Source of the DNA: a virus
Lineage: Duplodnaviria; Caudoviricetes
Reading direction: 5' to 3' (one strand)
Virus record (IMG/VR): IMGVR_UViG_3300032227_000993
Length of the DNA: 64,000 nt
Made by a program: the position numbers and the translations under genes. Below, piece after piece: positions 29,797-37,896 of this stretch. How positions within the stretch are numbered: the stretch's first letter is position 1; every line of letters begins with the position of its first letter. The notes under the pieces were generated by a model. The model searched no databases. It was given only the letters and a program-made list of their open reading frames with translations, and was not told where the DNA came from.

Positions 29797-31511
29797 TAAG
29801 ATATGGCCGTTGAACTTCCACAACCATTTGACTCAACTGACTATGATTCTCCTACCGTAGGTAACGTGTTAGAGACATTGCCTGGGCAGTTTGATTTTAG
29901 CAACATTACTCTTACACCTACCACTGTGGCTAATGCTGTAATTGGCGTGGCCTACACACAGCAAATTACAATTTCTGGTGGCTTGGCGCCATACGGCAAC
30001 TTATTTGTTAGTGCTGGTAATTTACCTGCTAATTTGTCTTTGAGTTCTACAACCAATGATTTAGTTAATAATATTGCCAATGCCAATATTACTGGAATAC
30101 CTACTAACTATGGAAATATTACTTTTACAATCCAAGGCAATGATGTAATAGCCAACGTAAGTTTTCCTACTCAACAAACATACAATTTATTAGTAAATTA
30201 TCCTACCATCACAATATCTCCCGGCAGTTTGACCAACGCGGTTGTAGGGCAAAGTTACAGTCAAGCATTTACAGCCAGCGGTGGCACCGGCCCATACACT
30301 TACAGTAATGTAGGAAACTTACCGCCGTCATTGTCGTTAAGTGGTAGCGGCAGTTTAACTGGGAATATCACAACTACTACTACACCACAGAGTTTAACAA
30401 TACGAGCCACTGATAGTTATGGCAGTACAGGTAATGCCACTTACAGTTTAACCGTCACTCGCCCAACCATTACTATTGCTCCAAGCACATTATCAAATGC
30501 TACCACTGGATCAAGTTATTCTGCTAACATCACAGCCGCTGGCGGAACAGCCCCGTATTCATATGCTGTTACCGGAAATACTCTTCCTAACAATTTATCA
30601 TTAAATGCCAACACCGGAGTACTGTCGGGTGTTGTTATTGCTGATGGAATTGGTAATTTTTCTATTACAGCAACAGACTTTTACAGCACAACTGCCACTA
30701 ACAATTATTCGTTAACCACAGTTGATCCAACTATTTTAATTAGCCCATCGACAATATCAAACGGAGTAGTAGGAACAGCCTACACTCAAATATTTACATC
30801 CAGCGGTGGCACCGGCCCGTACACATATTCTGTAACCGGTGGGACACTACCGGCTAATTTGGTATTGGCTACCACGGGTAATTTGTCTGGTACGCCTAAT
30901 ACAGCTGCCACATCAAATTTTACAATTACCAGTACAGACACATTTAGTACAACAGGATCGTTTACTTACAGCAATGTTGTAATGACATCTCCAACTATCA
31001 GTTTGTCTCCAACTACATTTGCCAACGCCACAGCTGACTCACCATACTCAGCTAACGTTTTTGCTTTTGGCGGCATTGCTCCGTACACCTTTGCGGTTAC
31101 CAGCGGTACATTTCCACCTGGCTTAAACTTAAGTAATTCTGGAGCCATTACAGGAATACCAACTTCTGTTAGTACATTTAATTTTACTATCACAGCCAGC
31201 GACTTGTACAGTAGCACAGGCAATAGAAATTACAATATATTAGTAAATCCTCCAATAATAACAATTAGTCCGCTAACGATTCCTCAAGCGGTTGCCAATG
31301 TATCTTACACAGCAACCTTTACAGCCGCCGGCGGCACAGCACCCTACACTTACACCTCGGCTGAACTGCCGGCTGGTATGTCACTGGCATCCAGCACTGG
31401 TGTATTATCAGGCACACCGTTGGTCAATGGGTATCAACCATTTGTGGTTGTCGCCACAGACGATAACGGATATCCGGGCTCTCGGTTGTACAATTTTGTA
31501 GTTGCTCCCAA
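29770..31511 (+). repeat. 11-bp exact direct repeat GTTGCTCCCAA flanking the Ig cassette
   Basis: Copies at 29770-29780 and 31501-31511, both in codon frame V-A-P-N, 1731 nt (577 codons) apart. Confidence 0.85.
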
Positions 31512-31752
31512 TGTTCCATCATCTGCTATCCGAGTATTTGTAGGCGGAATTCTACAAACTTCTGGATACACCGTCACATCAAAATCTCCAGCAACTATCA
31601 CATTTGATGAACCACCGCCCGAAGGTGTAGATGTAACAATAGCAGTACTTCAGGGTGAAACTTGGTATCAACCCGGGCCTTATTCTGCGTCCGATGGTGT
31701 ACCGTTACAAGAGACAGAAACAACGGCCGCAAGGTTTTTGCGTGGCCTATAA
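29803..31752 (+). CDS. Virion protein with six putative Ig (He_PIG-like) domains
   Basis: Six ~90-aa units of the form I-T-I-x-P..L..A.VG..Y...TA.GG..PY.Y......LP.GL.L..TG.LSG.P; Ser/Thr/Asn-rich; ends in SDGVPLQETETTAARFLRGL. Confidence 0.85.
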   Translation: MAVELPQPFDSTDYDSPTVGNVLETLPGQFDFSNITLTPTTVANAVIGVAYTQQITISGGLAPYGNLFVSAGNLPANLSLSSTTNDLVNNIANANITGIPTNYGNITFTIQGNDVIANVSFPTQQTYNLLVNYPTITISPGSLTNAVVGQSYSQAFTASGGTGPYTYSNVGNLPPSLSLSGSGSLTGNITTTTTPQSLTIRATDSYGSTGNATYSLTVTRPTITIAPSTLSNATTGSSYSANITAAGGTAPYSYAVTGNTLPNNLSLNANTGVLSGVVIADGIGNFSITATDFYSTTATNNYSLTTVDPTILISPSTISNGVVGTAYTQIFTSSGGTGPYTYSVTGGTLPANLVLATTGNLSGTPNTAATSNFTITSTDTFSTTGSFTYSNVVMTSPTISLSPTTFANATADSPYSANVFAFGGIAPYTFAVTSGTFPPGLNLSNSGAITGIPTSVSTFNFTITASDLYSSTGNRNYNILVNPPIITISPLTIPQAVANVSYTATFTAAGGTAPYTYTSAELPAGMSLASSTGVLSGTPLVNGYQPFVVVATDDNGYPGSRLYNFVVAPNVPSSAIRVFVGGILQTSGYTVTSKSPATITFDEPPPEGVDVTIAVLQGETWYQPGPYSASDGVPLQETETTAARFLRGL

Positions 31753-31764
31753 CTATGGTAAATA
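31750..31764 (+). promoter_or_regulatory. Putative late promoter (TAACTATGGTAAATA)
   Basis: TAAATA at 31759-31764, 5 nt before the ATG at 31770; 14/15 identical to the 11143 element. Confidence 0.55.
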
Positions 31765-31769
31765 AGAAT

Positions 31770-31916
31770 ATGAATGAAAATAACCAATTATCACAGCCTG
31801 TACCGGCTCCAAAGCCGGAAAAGCGCCCAGACGACACTGGCCGCGTTGGTGTAGAAGGGTTTGTTAAGATTTTTGATCCTAACAGCCGTAAAGTATTTGT
31901 GGAGCAGCAAGCATGA
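31770..31916 (+). CDS. Small hypothetical protein (48 aa)
   Basis: ATG at 31770 follows the TAAATA box (the track's 31662 start lies inside the Ig gene); ATGA overlap with the next gene. Confidence 0.6.
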   Translation: MNENNQLSQPVPAPKPEKRPDDTGRVGVEGFVKIFDPNSRKVFVEQQA

Positions 31917-32521
31917 TTATCCAACCAGGTCTAGCTAAAATTGAAGGGTTTGTCAAAATTACTGACAGAAATTCTGGCGAAATTTTGGTAGACAAAAAGA
32001 ACGCAGTAAACTATGAAAACATCAGTATTGCGTTGGCCAATACACTTAGTGATCAAGGTAAAGGATGGATTTATGCCATGGCATTTGGCAACGGCGGAAG
32101 TAGTGTTGACCCTACTGGCGTTATTACCTACTTGCCACCCAACGTGACCGGACAAAATGCCTCACTTTACAACGAAACTTATGCTAAAGTGGTAGATCAA
32201 AATTCAGCTTCCAACTTAGATCCAGCAAATAACAACATGACAGTATTACATACCTCTGGTAATGTATATACTGACATTTTAGTAACGTGTCTATTAGACT
32301 ACGGCGAGCCGCCAGGCCAACAAGCCTTTGATAATAGCACAAATTTTAACGGTGAATACGTGTTTGATGAGTTAGGTTTGCAGTGTTGGAATGGGTCCGC
32401 CACTGATTTATTCCTAATTACCCACGTTATTTTCCACCCTGTGCAAAAGAGTCTAAACCGTCAAATCCAGATAGATTACACTCTCAGAATACAGACTTTA
32501 ACTAATTTAAGTACATCATAA
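31913..32521 (+). CDS. Conserved-looking virion structural protein (202 aa)
   Basis: Lies in the structural module with coupled start; FGNGG...FDELGL...LITHVIFHPVQKSLNR pattern. Precise role not assigned. Confidence 0.55.
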   Translation: MIIQPGLAKIEGFVKITDRNSGEILVDKKNAVNYENISIALANTLSDQGKGWIYAMAFGNGGSSVDPTGVITYLPPNVTGQNASLYNETYAKVVDQNSASNLDPANNNMTVLHTSGNVYTDILVTCLLDYGEPPGQQAFDNSTNFNGEYVFDELGLQCWNGSATDLFLITHVIFHPVQKSLNRQIQIDYTLRIQTLTNLSTS

Positions 32522-32549
32522 ATATGTGTACATTAAACGGTAATAAATA
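32519..32549 (+). promoter_or_regulatory. Two TAAATA late-promoter boxes before the fibre-like gene
   Basis: TAAATA at 32519-32524 and 32544-32549; GGAG RBS before the ATG at 32577. Confidence 0.5.
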
Positions 32550-32576
32550 CAACACTACTAGGACGGAGTAAACCAA

Positions 32577-33764
32577 ATGTCATACACAATTAATCTAACT
32601 AACGGGAATGTTTTTGCAGTAATTCCTGATGGAACTATTAACCAATCAAGTTCACAAACTTTAGTTGGTAAAAATTACGCCGGCTATGGCCAATTCTTGA
32701 ATGATAACTTTATTCATCTTTTAGAGTGCGGAGCCAATAGTACTGCTCCTGGCGCACCTTTGACAGGTCAGCTTTGGTTTAATACTACATCCGGTGTACT
32801 ACAAGTGTACAACGGCGTTGGTTTTAAATCTTTGGGTGGCGCTGCCGCTGCTTCAAGTGCTCCAACAAATAATGCCGTAGGTGATTTATGGTATGACACC
32901 GTAAACGCACAGTTGAATGTTTGGACTGGTACAGCATGGTTACTGGTTGGTCCAGTTTACACAGCAGGCACAGGTGTAACTGGCGCAATTCCAGCTACTA
33001 TTTCTGACAGTAGTGCTGTTAATCATACCGTGGTTGACCTGTATGTAGGTAATGTGTTGGTTGGTATTATTTCTAAAGATTCTTCTTTTACTCCTAGTCC
33101 AGCAATTACAGGATACACAAACATTCTTCCTGGTATCAATTTAGCAGCACCTGGAACTATTGCTAATACTCCGTTGTTCCAAGGCACAGCAACAAGTACA
33201 ACAAGTTTGAATGGCTTGACATCAAGTCAATTTATGCGTTCTGATGCCAACACAGCAACCACAGGTAGTATCACTATTGGTGGCGGCATTATCAACTCAG
33301 CAGGCAATGGCATAAGCAACATTGGCTCGAGTGGTGCTTATTTCAACACAATATTTGCCAAAGCAACATCAGCACAATACGCCGACGTAGCAGAGCGTTT
33401 TGCTATTGACGTTGCGCAACCAGCTGGTACCGTGGTTGAGTTAGGCGGTACAGCAGAAATTACCATTTCTACCGATGAATTGAGCGAAACTGTGTTCGGT
33501 GTGATAAGTACACAAGCAGCATATTTAATGAACAGCGGCGCAGGCGACGACAGCACCCATCCACCAATTGCTATGACAGGTCGTGTTCCAGTTAGAACAA
33601 CAGGAATAGTACGCAAAGGCGACAGATTAGTTTCAGCAGGCAATGGCTTAGCAAGAGCTGCCAAGGCCGGTGAAGCTACAGCATTTAACGTTATTGGTCG
33701 TGCGTTAGCTGATAAAATAGATTCCGGTTTAGGTACTGTAGAAGCTATTGTAACTATTAAATAA
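32577..33764 (+). CDS. Tail fibre/collar-like protein with a C-terminal intramolecular-chaperone-like domain
   Basis: PGAPLTGQLWFNT and AVGDLWYDT fibre-type repeats; C-terminal YADVAERF...GTVV...FGVIST...GRVPV...KGDRLVS resembles peptidase G2/IMC domains. Confidence 0.6.
   Translation: MSYTINLTNGNVFAVIPDGTINQSSSQTLVGKNYAGYGQFLNDNFIHLLECGANSTAPGAPLTGQLWFNTTSGVLQVYNGVGFKSLGGAAAASSAPTNNAVGDLWYDTVNAQLNVWTGTAWLLVGPVYTAGTGVTGAIPATISDSSAVNHTVVDLYVGNVLVGIISKDSSFTPSPAITGYTNILPGINLAAPGTIANTPLFQGTATSTTSLNGLTSSQFMRSDANTATTGSITIGGGIINSAGNGISNIGSSGAYFNTIFAKATSAQYADVAERFAIDVAQPAGTVVELGGTAEITISTDELSETVFGVISTQAAYLMNSGAGDDSTHPPIAMTGRVPVRTTGIVRKGDRLVSAGNGLARAAKAGEATAFNVIGRALADKIDSGLGTVEAIVTIK
33758..33763 (+). 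promoter_or_regulatory. Putative late promoter TAAATA before the 33780 gene
   Basis: Overlaps the upstream stop codon, 16 nt before ATG. AT-rich context lowers specificity. Confidence 0.35.
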
Positions 33765-33779
33765 TTACAGGAAAAAACA

Positions 33780-34727
33780 ATGACATATTCAGTAGGCGGA
33801 ACAATTCAAGCAACAGACTATAATGGTTTTGTTAGCACCAACGCAGCAAACGTAAACGCAACGTTGACATCATATGGCCAGACAACACTTTCAACAGTGG
33901 CAGCAGCAGCCACAGTCACAGCGACACAATGGGCTACATTAAATGGTAACGTTTCTACTCTGGCAAGCCACCAGGGTACAGTGATTACTTCACGTACCAA
34001 TCCAGTAGCAGGTAATGTTATTACTGTTTTATCAAATCTTGGTACTGACATCACAAGCCTTAATACCAATTTGTACAACGCCAACGTTACTGGCCCACAA
34101 TACACAGCATGGACCGGTACATCCAGTAAAACTACTTCTACAGGATCAGGTGGCTCAGCGTGGACCATCACCTTTACTCAAACAGTGACCTTTGCCAATA
34201 CAACAGCGGCCACTAATTTCTTCAATGCCGGCGGCCTAATTAAAGTACAATTTAGCAAAACATCCACAGGCACCACAGAAGATACAGCATGGAATACATT
34301 TATTAACACAGTTAACGGAGCAGTATTCCTAAGTTCTACTGCTGCTAGTAAAACAATCGCTGGTACTGCCTACACAGGTACTACTAAAGTTGGTGGGTCA
34401 GGCACACCGGCTGTGTTAGCAACAGGCACAGGCTATTTCCAATTGACCGGTACACCAGTGACAATTTACAGACAGTTTGACGCAGGCGCTGCCTATTCAG
34501 GCAACTATGTTCAAGTCAATGCCAGTGTTTCTGGCGCAGTAATTACACTTACTACTTCTTGGGTCAACACCGGAGCTGCAGTCAGTGCAGTAATTTCTGG
34601 AGGTACAGCAACAACAGGTATTACATTTGGCACAGCACCAGCCACAGTTGTCACTTACTTCCCACCAGAAACAACATACCTAACAAACTCATGGGGTACT
34701 CCTACTGTAGCAGCATCAGTGACCTAA
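33780..34727 (+). CDS. Thr/Gly-rich virion (fibre-associated) protein
   Basis: Beta-rich T/G/S composition; last gene before the terminator; AGGA RBS. Confidence 0.55.
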   Translation: MTYSVGGTIQATDYNGFVSTNAANVNATLTSYGQTTLSTVAAAATVTATQWATLNGNVSTLASHQGTVITSRTNPVAGNVITVLSNLGTDITSLNTNLYNANVTGPQYTAWTGTSSKTTSTGSGGSAWTITFTQTVTFANTTAATNFFNAGGLIKVQFSKTSTGTTEDTAWNTFINTVNGAVFLSSTAASKTIAGTAYTGTTKVGGSGTPAVLATGTGYFQLTGTPVTIYRQFDAGAAYSGNYVQVNASVSGAVITLTTSWVNTGAAVSAVISGGTATTGITFGTAPATVVTYFPPETTYLTNSWGTPTVAASVT

Positions 34728-34748
34728 TAACCCAATTTAGTTTTACCA

Positions 34749-34775
34749 AAAGCCCCGCAAGGGGCTTTACTTTAT
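34749..34775 (+). terminator. Rho-independent terminator ending the structural module
   Basis: Stem AAAGCCCC, GNRA loop GCAA, stem GGGGCTTT, followed by ACTTTAT. Confidence 0.75.
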
Positions 34776-34794
34776 CCGCTTTTTGTAGTAAACT
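34766..34794 (+). promoter_or_regulatory. Sigma70-type promoter for the modification cluster (probably leaderless)
   Basis: TTTACT-17 nt-TAAACT, then 6 nt to the ATG at 34801; no SD sequence. Confidence 0.45.
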
Positions 34795-34800
34795 AAACCT

Positions 34801-35106
34801 ATGAATACTGAAAACATCGTAGCACACGCTCGTGCCCGTTTTGATCACGCGGCAGCCAAGCGAACACTCAAGGAAAAATATCAAGGAAAGTTGACATTTG
34901 CTCACGCTGGCGGTATGTGGCTGGCAGGTCCTGAACTACTTGCTACCTTGGCTGCCTGTACCGGTCCCACTGCTGTCGTACTTGACTTGTATGATACTCC
35001 TATTAAAATTATCCCCAACGAGTTCCGCGACATTGTAAGATCTCACTGGCAAGAACAAATGAATGCCTGGTTAGTTGAACACGATGAACTTAATAAGAAC
35101 AGATGA
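34801..35106 (+). CDS. Hypothetical protein, first gene of the modification cluster
   Basis: 101-aa ORF with ATGA coupling to the GT-like gene. Confidence 0.65.
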   Translation: MNTENIVAHARARFDHAAAKRTLKEKYQGKLTFAHAGGMWLAGPELLATLAACTGPTAVVLDLYDTPIKIIPNEFRDIVRSHWQEQMNAWLVEHDELNKNR

Positions 35107-35903
35107 CAACCGGCGTTCTAATTTTTGCTTACAATAACGAGCACATAGATTATCTTGCCATGGCCGCTTGGTCAGCAAAAAATATTCGCCGTCATCTCAA
35201 CTTGCCTGTTGCTGTTGTAACAAATTGTGCTGTACCTAAAGATTATCGCTTTGAACAGGTTATCATAGCACAAACTGATAGTGTGTACAGTCGCAAGTTT
35301 GAAGATATCGAGGAGTCTGTAACCTGGTACAATGCCAATCGCGTTGACGCATACAGTTTATCACCGTGGAGTCAGACATTGGTATTAGATGCTGATTATG
35401 TAGTGGCAAGCAGTGAACTTAGAAAAGTATTAGAAATTAAAAAAAATTTTGTAGCACACAACGCTGCATATGATGTTACTAATCAGCCTAACTTTAGCGA
35501 ACACAATTACTTTGGCCGCAATCGTATGCCCATGTGGTGGGCAACGGTAATGATGTTCCGTCGTAGTCGAGAAGCTGAAATGATATTTAGATGTATGACA
35601 ATGATCAAAGAAAACTGGGATCACTACCGCGGGCTGTATGGAGTAAGCCAGCGTACCTATCGAAATGATTATGCTTTGAGTATTGCCCTTGGCATTGTTG
35701 ATGGCCACACACAGACATATCCTGGTATTCCTTGGAACTTGGCATCTGTATCGCACTCGCATAAACTTTATCAGCTTGACACAGACAAATATCGCGTAGA
35801 GTTTCTAACACAAGATAATAAATCTCGATACATTACACTTGATCAAGATTTCCATGCCATGGGCAAAGCACATTTAGGAGCAATCGTTGACAATCCTCGC
35901 TGA
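35103..35903 (+). CDS. GT-A fold glycosyltransferase-like protein (GT8-like)
   Basis: GVLIFA...YL.MA..SA..I N-terminus, DxD motif LVLDADY, RNDYALSIA, late His motif FHAMGK. Confidence 0.6.
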   Translation: MTTGVLIFAYNNEHIDYLAMAAWSAKNIRRHLNLPVAVVTNCAVPKDYRFEQVIIAQTDSVYSRKFEDIEESVTWYNANRVDAYSLSPWSQTLVLDADYVVASSELRKVLEIKKNFVAHNAAYDVTNQPNFSEHNYFGRNRMPMWWATVMMFRRSREAEMIFRCMTMIKENWDHYRGLYGVSQRTYRNDYALSIALGIVDGHTQTYPGIPWNLASVSHSHKLYQLDTDKYRVEFLTQDNKSRYITLDQDFHAMGKAHLGAIVDNPR

Positions 35904-36663
35904 ACGCGGTTATCTCATACCTGCCATTGATTCTGAATCTACAGATTATTTGAGTTGTGCTGTACAACTGGCCCAGTCTATTAGACAATGGCATCCTGCG
36001 GCCAACATTGCTGTTGTATCTGTAAAAAGATGTAGTGATCCAGTATTTGATCATGTGATTCCCTTGCCATATGGCGACTTGGGCGGGTATGCCAATGACT
36101 GGCAATGTTTTGCCGCTACCCCTTACCGTGAAACTGTTAAATTAGAAGCTGACATGATTTGTGCCAGTCCCATTGATCATTGGTGGAAATTGTTTGAACA
36201 TCGCGATGTAGTTATTAGCAAGGGCTGTAGAGATTTCTACAATCAACCCGGAACTTCAAGACAATATCGTCAGATATTTGATAATAATAATTTACCTGAT
36301 GTGTACAACGGGATTACTTACTGGAGACGTAGTCAAACTGCCAAAGAATTTTTTGATTTGGTGCGTGATATTTTTGAACGTTGGAACGATTACAAAACTT
36401 TACTAAAATTTCCTGATCAATATCCAACCACCGATGTAGTGTATGCCATGGCAGCAGTTATCATGGGCGAAGAACAAGTGACATTGCCGCAAGGATTTGG
36501 CCCCACTATGGTTCATATGAAAAAAGGTATGATACCTACAAGTTCAGAAAACTGGACCGAGGAATTGGTATGGGAACACACAAAACCTGGACTACGAATC
36601 AACACCGTAGCACAATGGGGACTTGTACACTACCACATTAAAGATTGGAATTTGCATGAATGA
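35887..36663 (+). CDS. GT-A fold glycosyltransferase-like protein, paralogue of 35103
   Basis: RGYLIPA...YL.CA..LA.SI, ExD variant KLEADM, VYNGITYWRRS matching WATVMMFRRS of the neighbour, TTDVVYAMA. Confidence 0.55.
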   Translation: MTILAERGYLIPAIDSESTDYLSCAVQLAQSIRQWHPAANIAVVSVKRCSDPVFDHVIPLPYGDLGGYANDWQCFAATPYRETVKLEADMICASPIDHWWKLFEHRDVVISKGCRDFYNQPGTSRQYRQIFDNNNLPDVYNGITYWRRSQTAKEFFDLVRDIFERWNDYKTLLKFPDQYPTTDVVYAMAAVIMGEEQVTLPQGFGPTMVHMKKGMIPTSSENWTEELVWEHTKPGLRINTVAQWGLVHYHIKDWNLHE

Positions 36664-36976
36664 GCAAGAATTCTGGGCCGCACTGGCCCCGCTACCGGAA
36701 CCTACTCCACCTACATATCGTTTGTATTACAACGACTTAGGCGAGCCGTTATTTTACTCTATGGAAGATGTATCAGGTAAGTATATTGAGATCGACCACG
36801 CAACATACAGTAATCCGCCCACTCACGTGAGAGTAATAGACGGAAAGCTCGTAATATTAAAAACAAATTTTGTAACAAAACTAACTCCAGCGCCAACAGG
36901 TACACCGTGCGATCCTTTAGATGTTAGCATAGTAGTAGATGTTACAGAACCTCACACAAACTGGATTTTAAAATGA
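36656..36976 (+). CDS. Hypothetical protein
   Basis: ATG at 36656 overlaps the upstream stop region (track start 36623); ATGA coupling downstream. Confidence 0.6.
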   Translation: MNEQEFWAALAPLPEPTPPTYRLYYNDLGEPLFYSMEDVSGKYIEIDHATYSNPPTHVRVIDGKLVILKTNFVTKLTPAPTGTPCDPLDVSIVVDVTEPHTNWILK

Positions 36977-37896
36977 AAATAGACATAGCAGACTTGGATT
37001 GTATATATCTTTCCTATGACGAACCTAACAAAGAAGAAAACTGGGTAAAAATTAAGAACATGGTGCCTTGGGCTGTACGTGTTGACGGAGTCAAAGGAAG
37101 CGACGCCGCGCACAAGGCCGCCGCCGATGCTGCTTCAACAGATCGTTTTATTTTAATCGACGGCGACAATATCCCCGACGATAAGTTTTTTAATTTAACA
37201 TTGGATTTACAAGAACGCGATGTAGATTGTGTATTCCGTTGGAGAGCCAAAAATTACATCAACGGCCTCATGTACGGCAACGGAGGCTTGAGCTGTTGGA
37301 CCAAAGAATTTATTTACAGCATGAAGACACACGAAAATACAGATGGCTCTGCTGAAAATGATGTGGAATTTTGTTTTTATCCCAACTACATTGCCATGTA
37401 CGATTGTTATTCTACCACTTATCCCAACACTACACCTTTCCAGGCTTGGCGTGCCGGCTTCCGTGAAGGTGTTAAAATGTGTTTGAACAAAGGCACTCGA
37501 CCCACACTACAAGACTTTAAAGATCGTGTTCATCATCGTAATCTTGATCATCTTACTGTCTGGCAAAATGTAGGTCGTGATGTAGAAAATGGAATTTGGG
37601 CCATGCTTGGTGCTCGTATGGGCACCTACATGACAATGATTACTCCTGAGTGGGATTATCGACAAGTACAAAACTTTGACACACTACAAGACTTGTATGC
37701 CAGTATTGACGGACATGACCCTGAAATTATTGCCGCTCGTATCGCTGAAGATTTGTCTACCCAACTTGATTTGCCTATTACTATGATGTATGACAATGAA
37801 AGCAAGTTTTTCAAACACCATTATCGTAGCAACTGGCATAATCAAGGTGTGATGATTCGCGAGTTAGATGTCATCCGTAGTCAAGAAGGCTGGTAA
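36973..37896 (+). CDS. GT2-like glycosyltransferase
   Basis: CIYLSYDE...VDGVKG...AAADAASTDRFILIDGDN (DxD after a beta strand), GNGGL, AWRAGFREGVKM. Confidence 0.55.
   Translation: MKIDIADLDCIYLSYDEPNKEENWVKIKNMVPWAVRVDGVKGSDAAHKAAADAASTDRFILIDGDNIPDDKFFNLTLDLQERDVDCVFRWRAKNYINGLMYGNGGLSCWTKEFIYSMKTHENTDGSAENDVEFCFYPNYIAMYDCYSTTYPNTTPFQAWRAGFREGVKMCLNKGTRPTLQDFKDRVHHRNLDHLTVWQNVGRDVENGIWAMLGARMGTYMTMITPEWDYRQVQNFDTLQDLYASIDGHDPEIIAARIAEDLSTQLDLPITMMYDNESKFFKHHYRSNWHNQGVMIRELDVIRSQEGW

Noticed and set aside
29794-29802. Stop-codon readthrough or recoded genetic code fusing the giant ORF to the Ig ORF
   Set aside because: Two different consecutive stops (TGA TAA), and TAA, TAG and TGA all terminate genes elsewhere in the window, so code 11 holds.
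29803-31752. N-x-S/T sequon enrichment in the Ig protein as evidence of N-glycosylation
   Set aside because: A hand count gave 18 sequons among about 52 Asn, but Ser+Thr make up roughly a quarter or more of the protein, so the excess over chance is small; no oligosaccharyltransferase is in the window.
31662-31769. N-terminal extension of the small ORF given in the track
   Set aside because: Overlaps the Ig gene's 3' end; the ATG at 31770 directly after the TAAATA box is the more plausible start.
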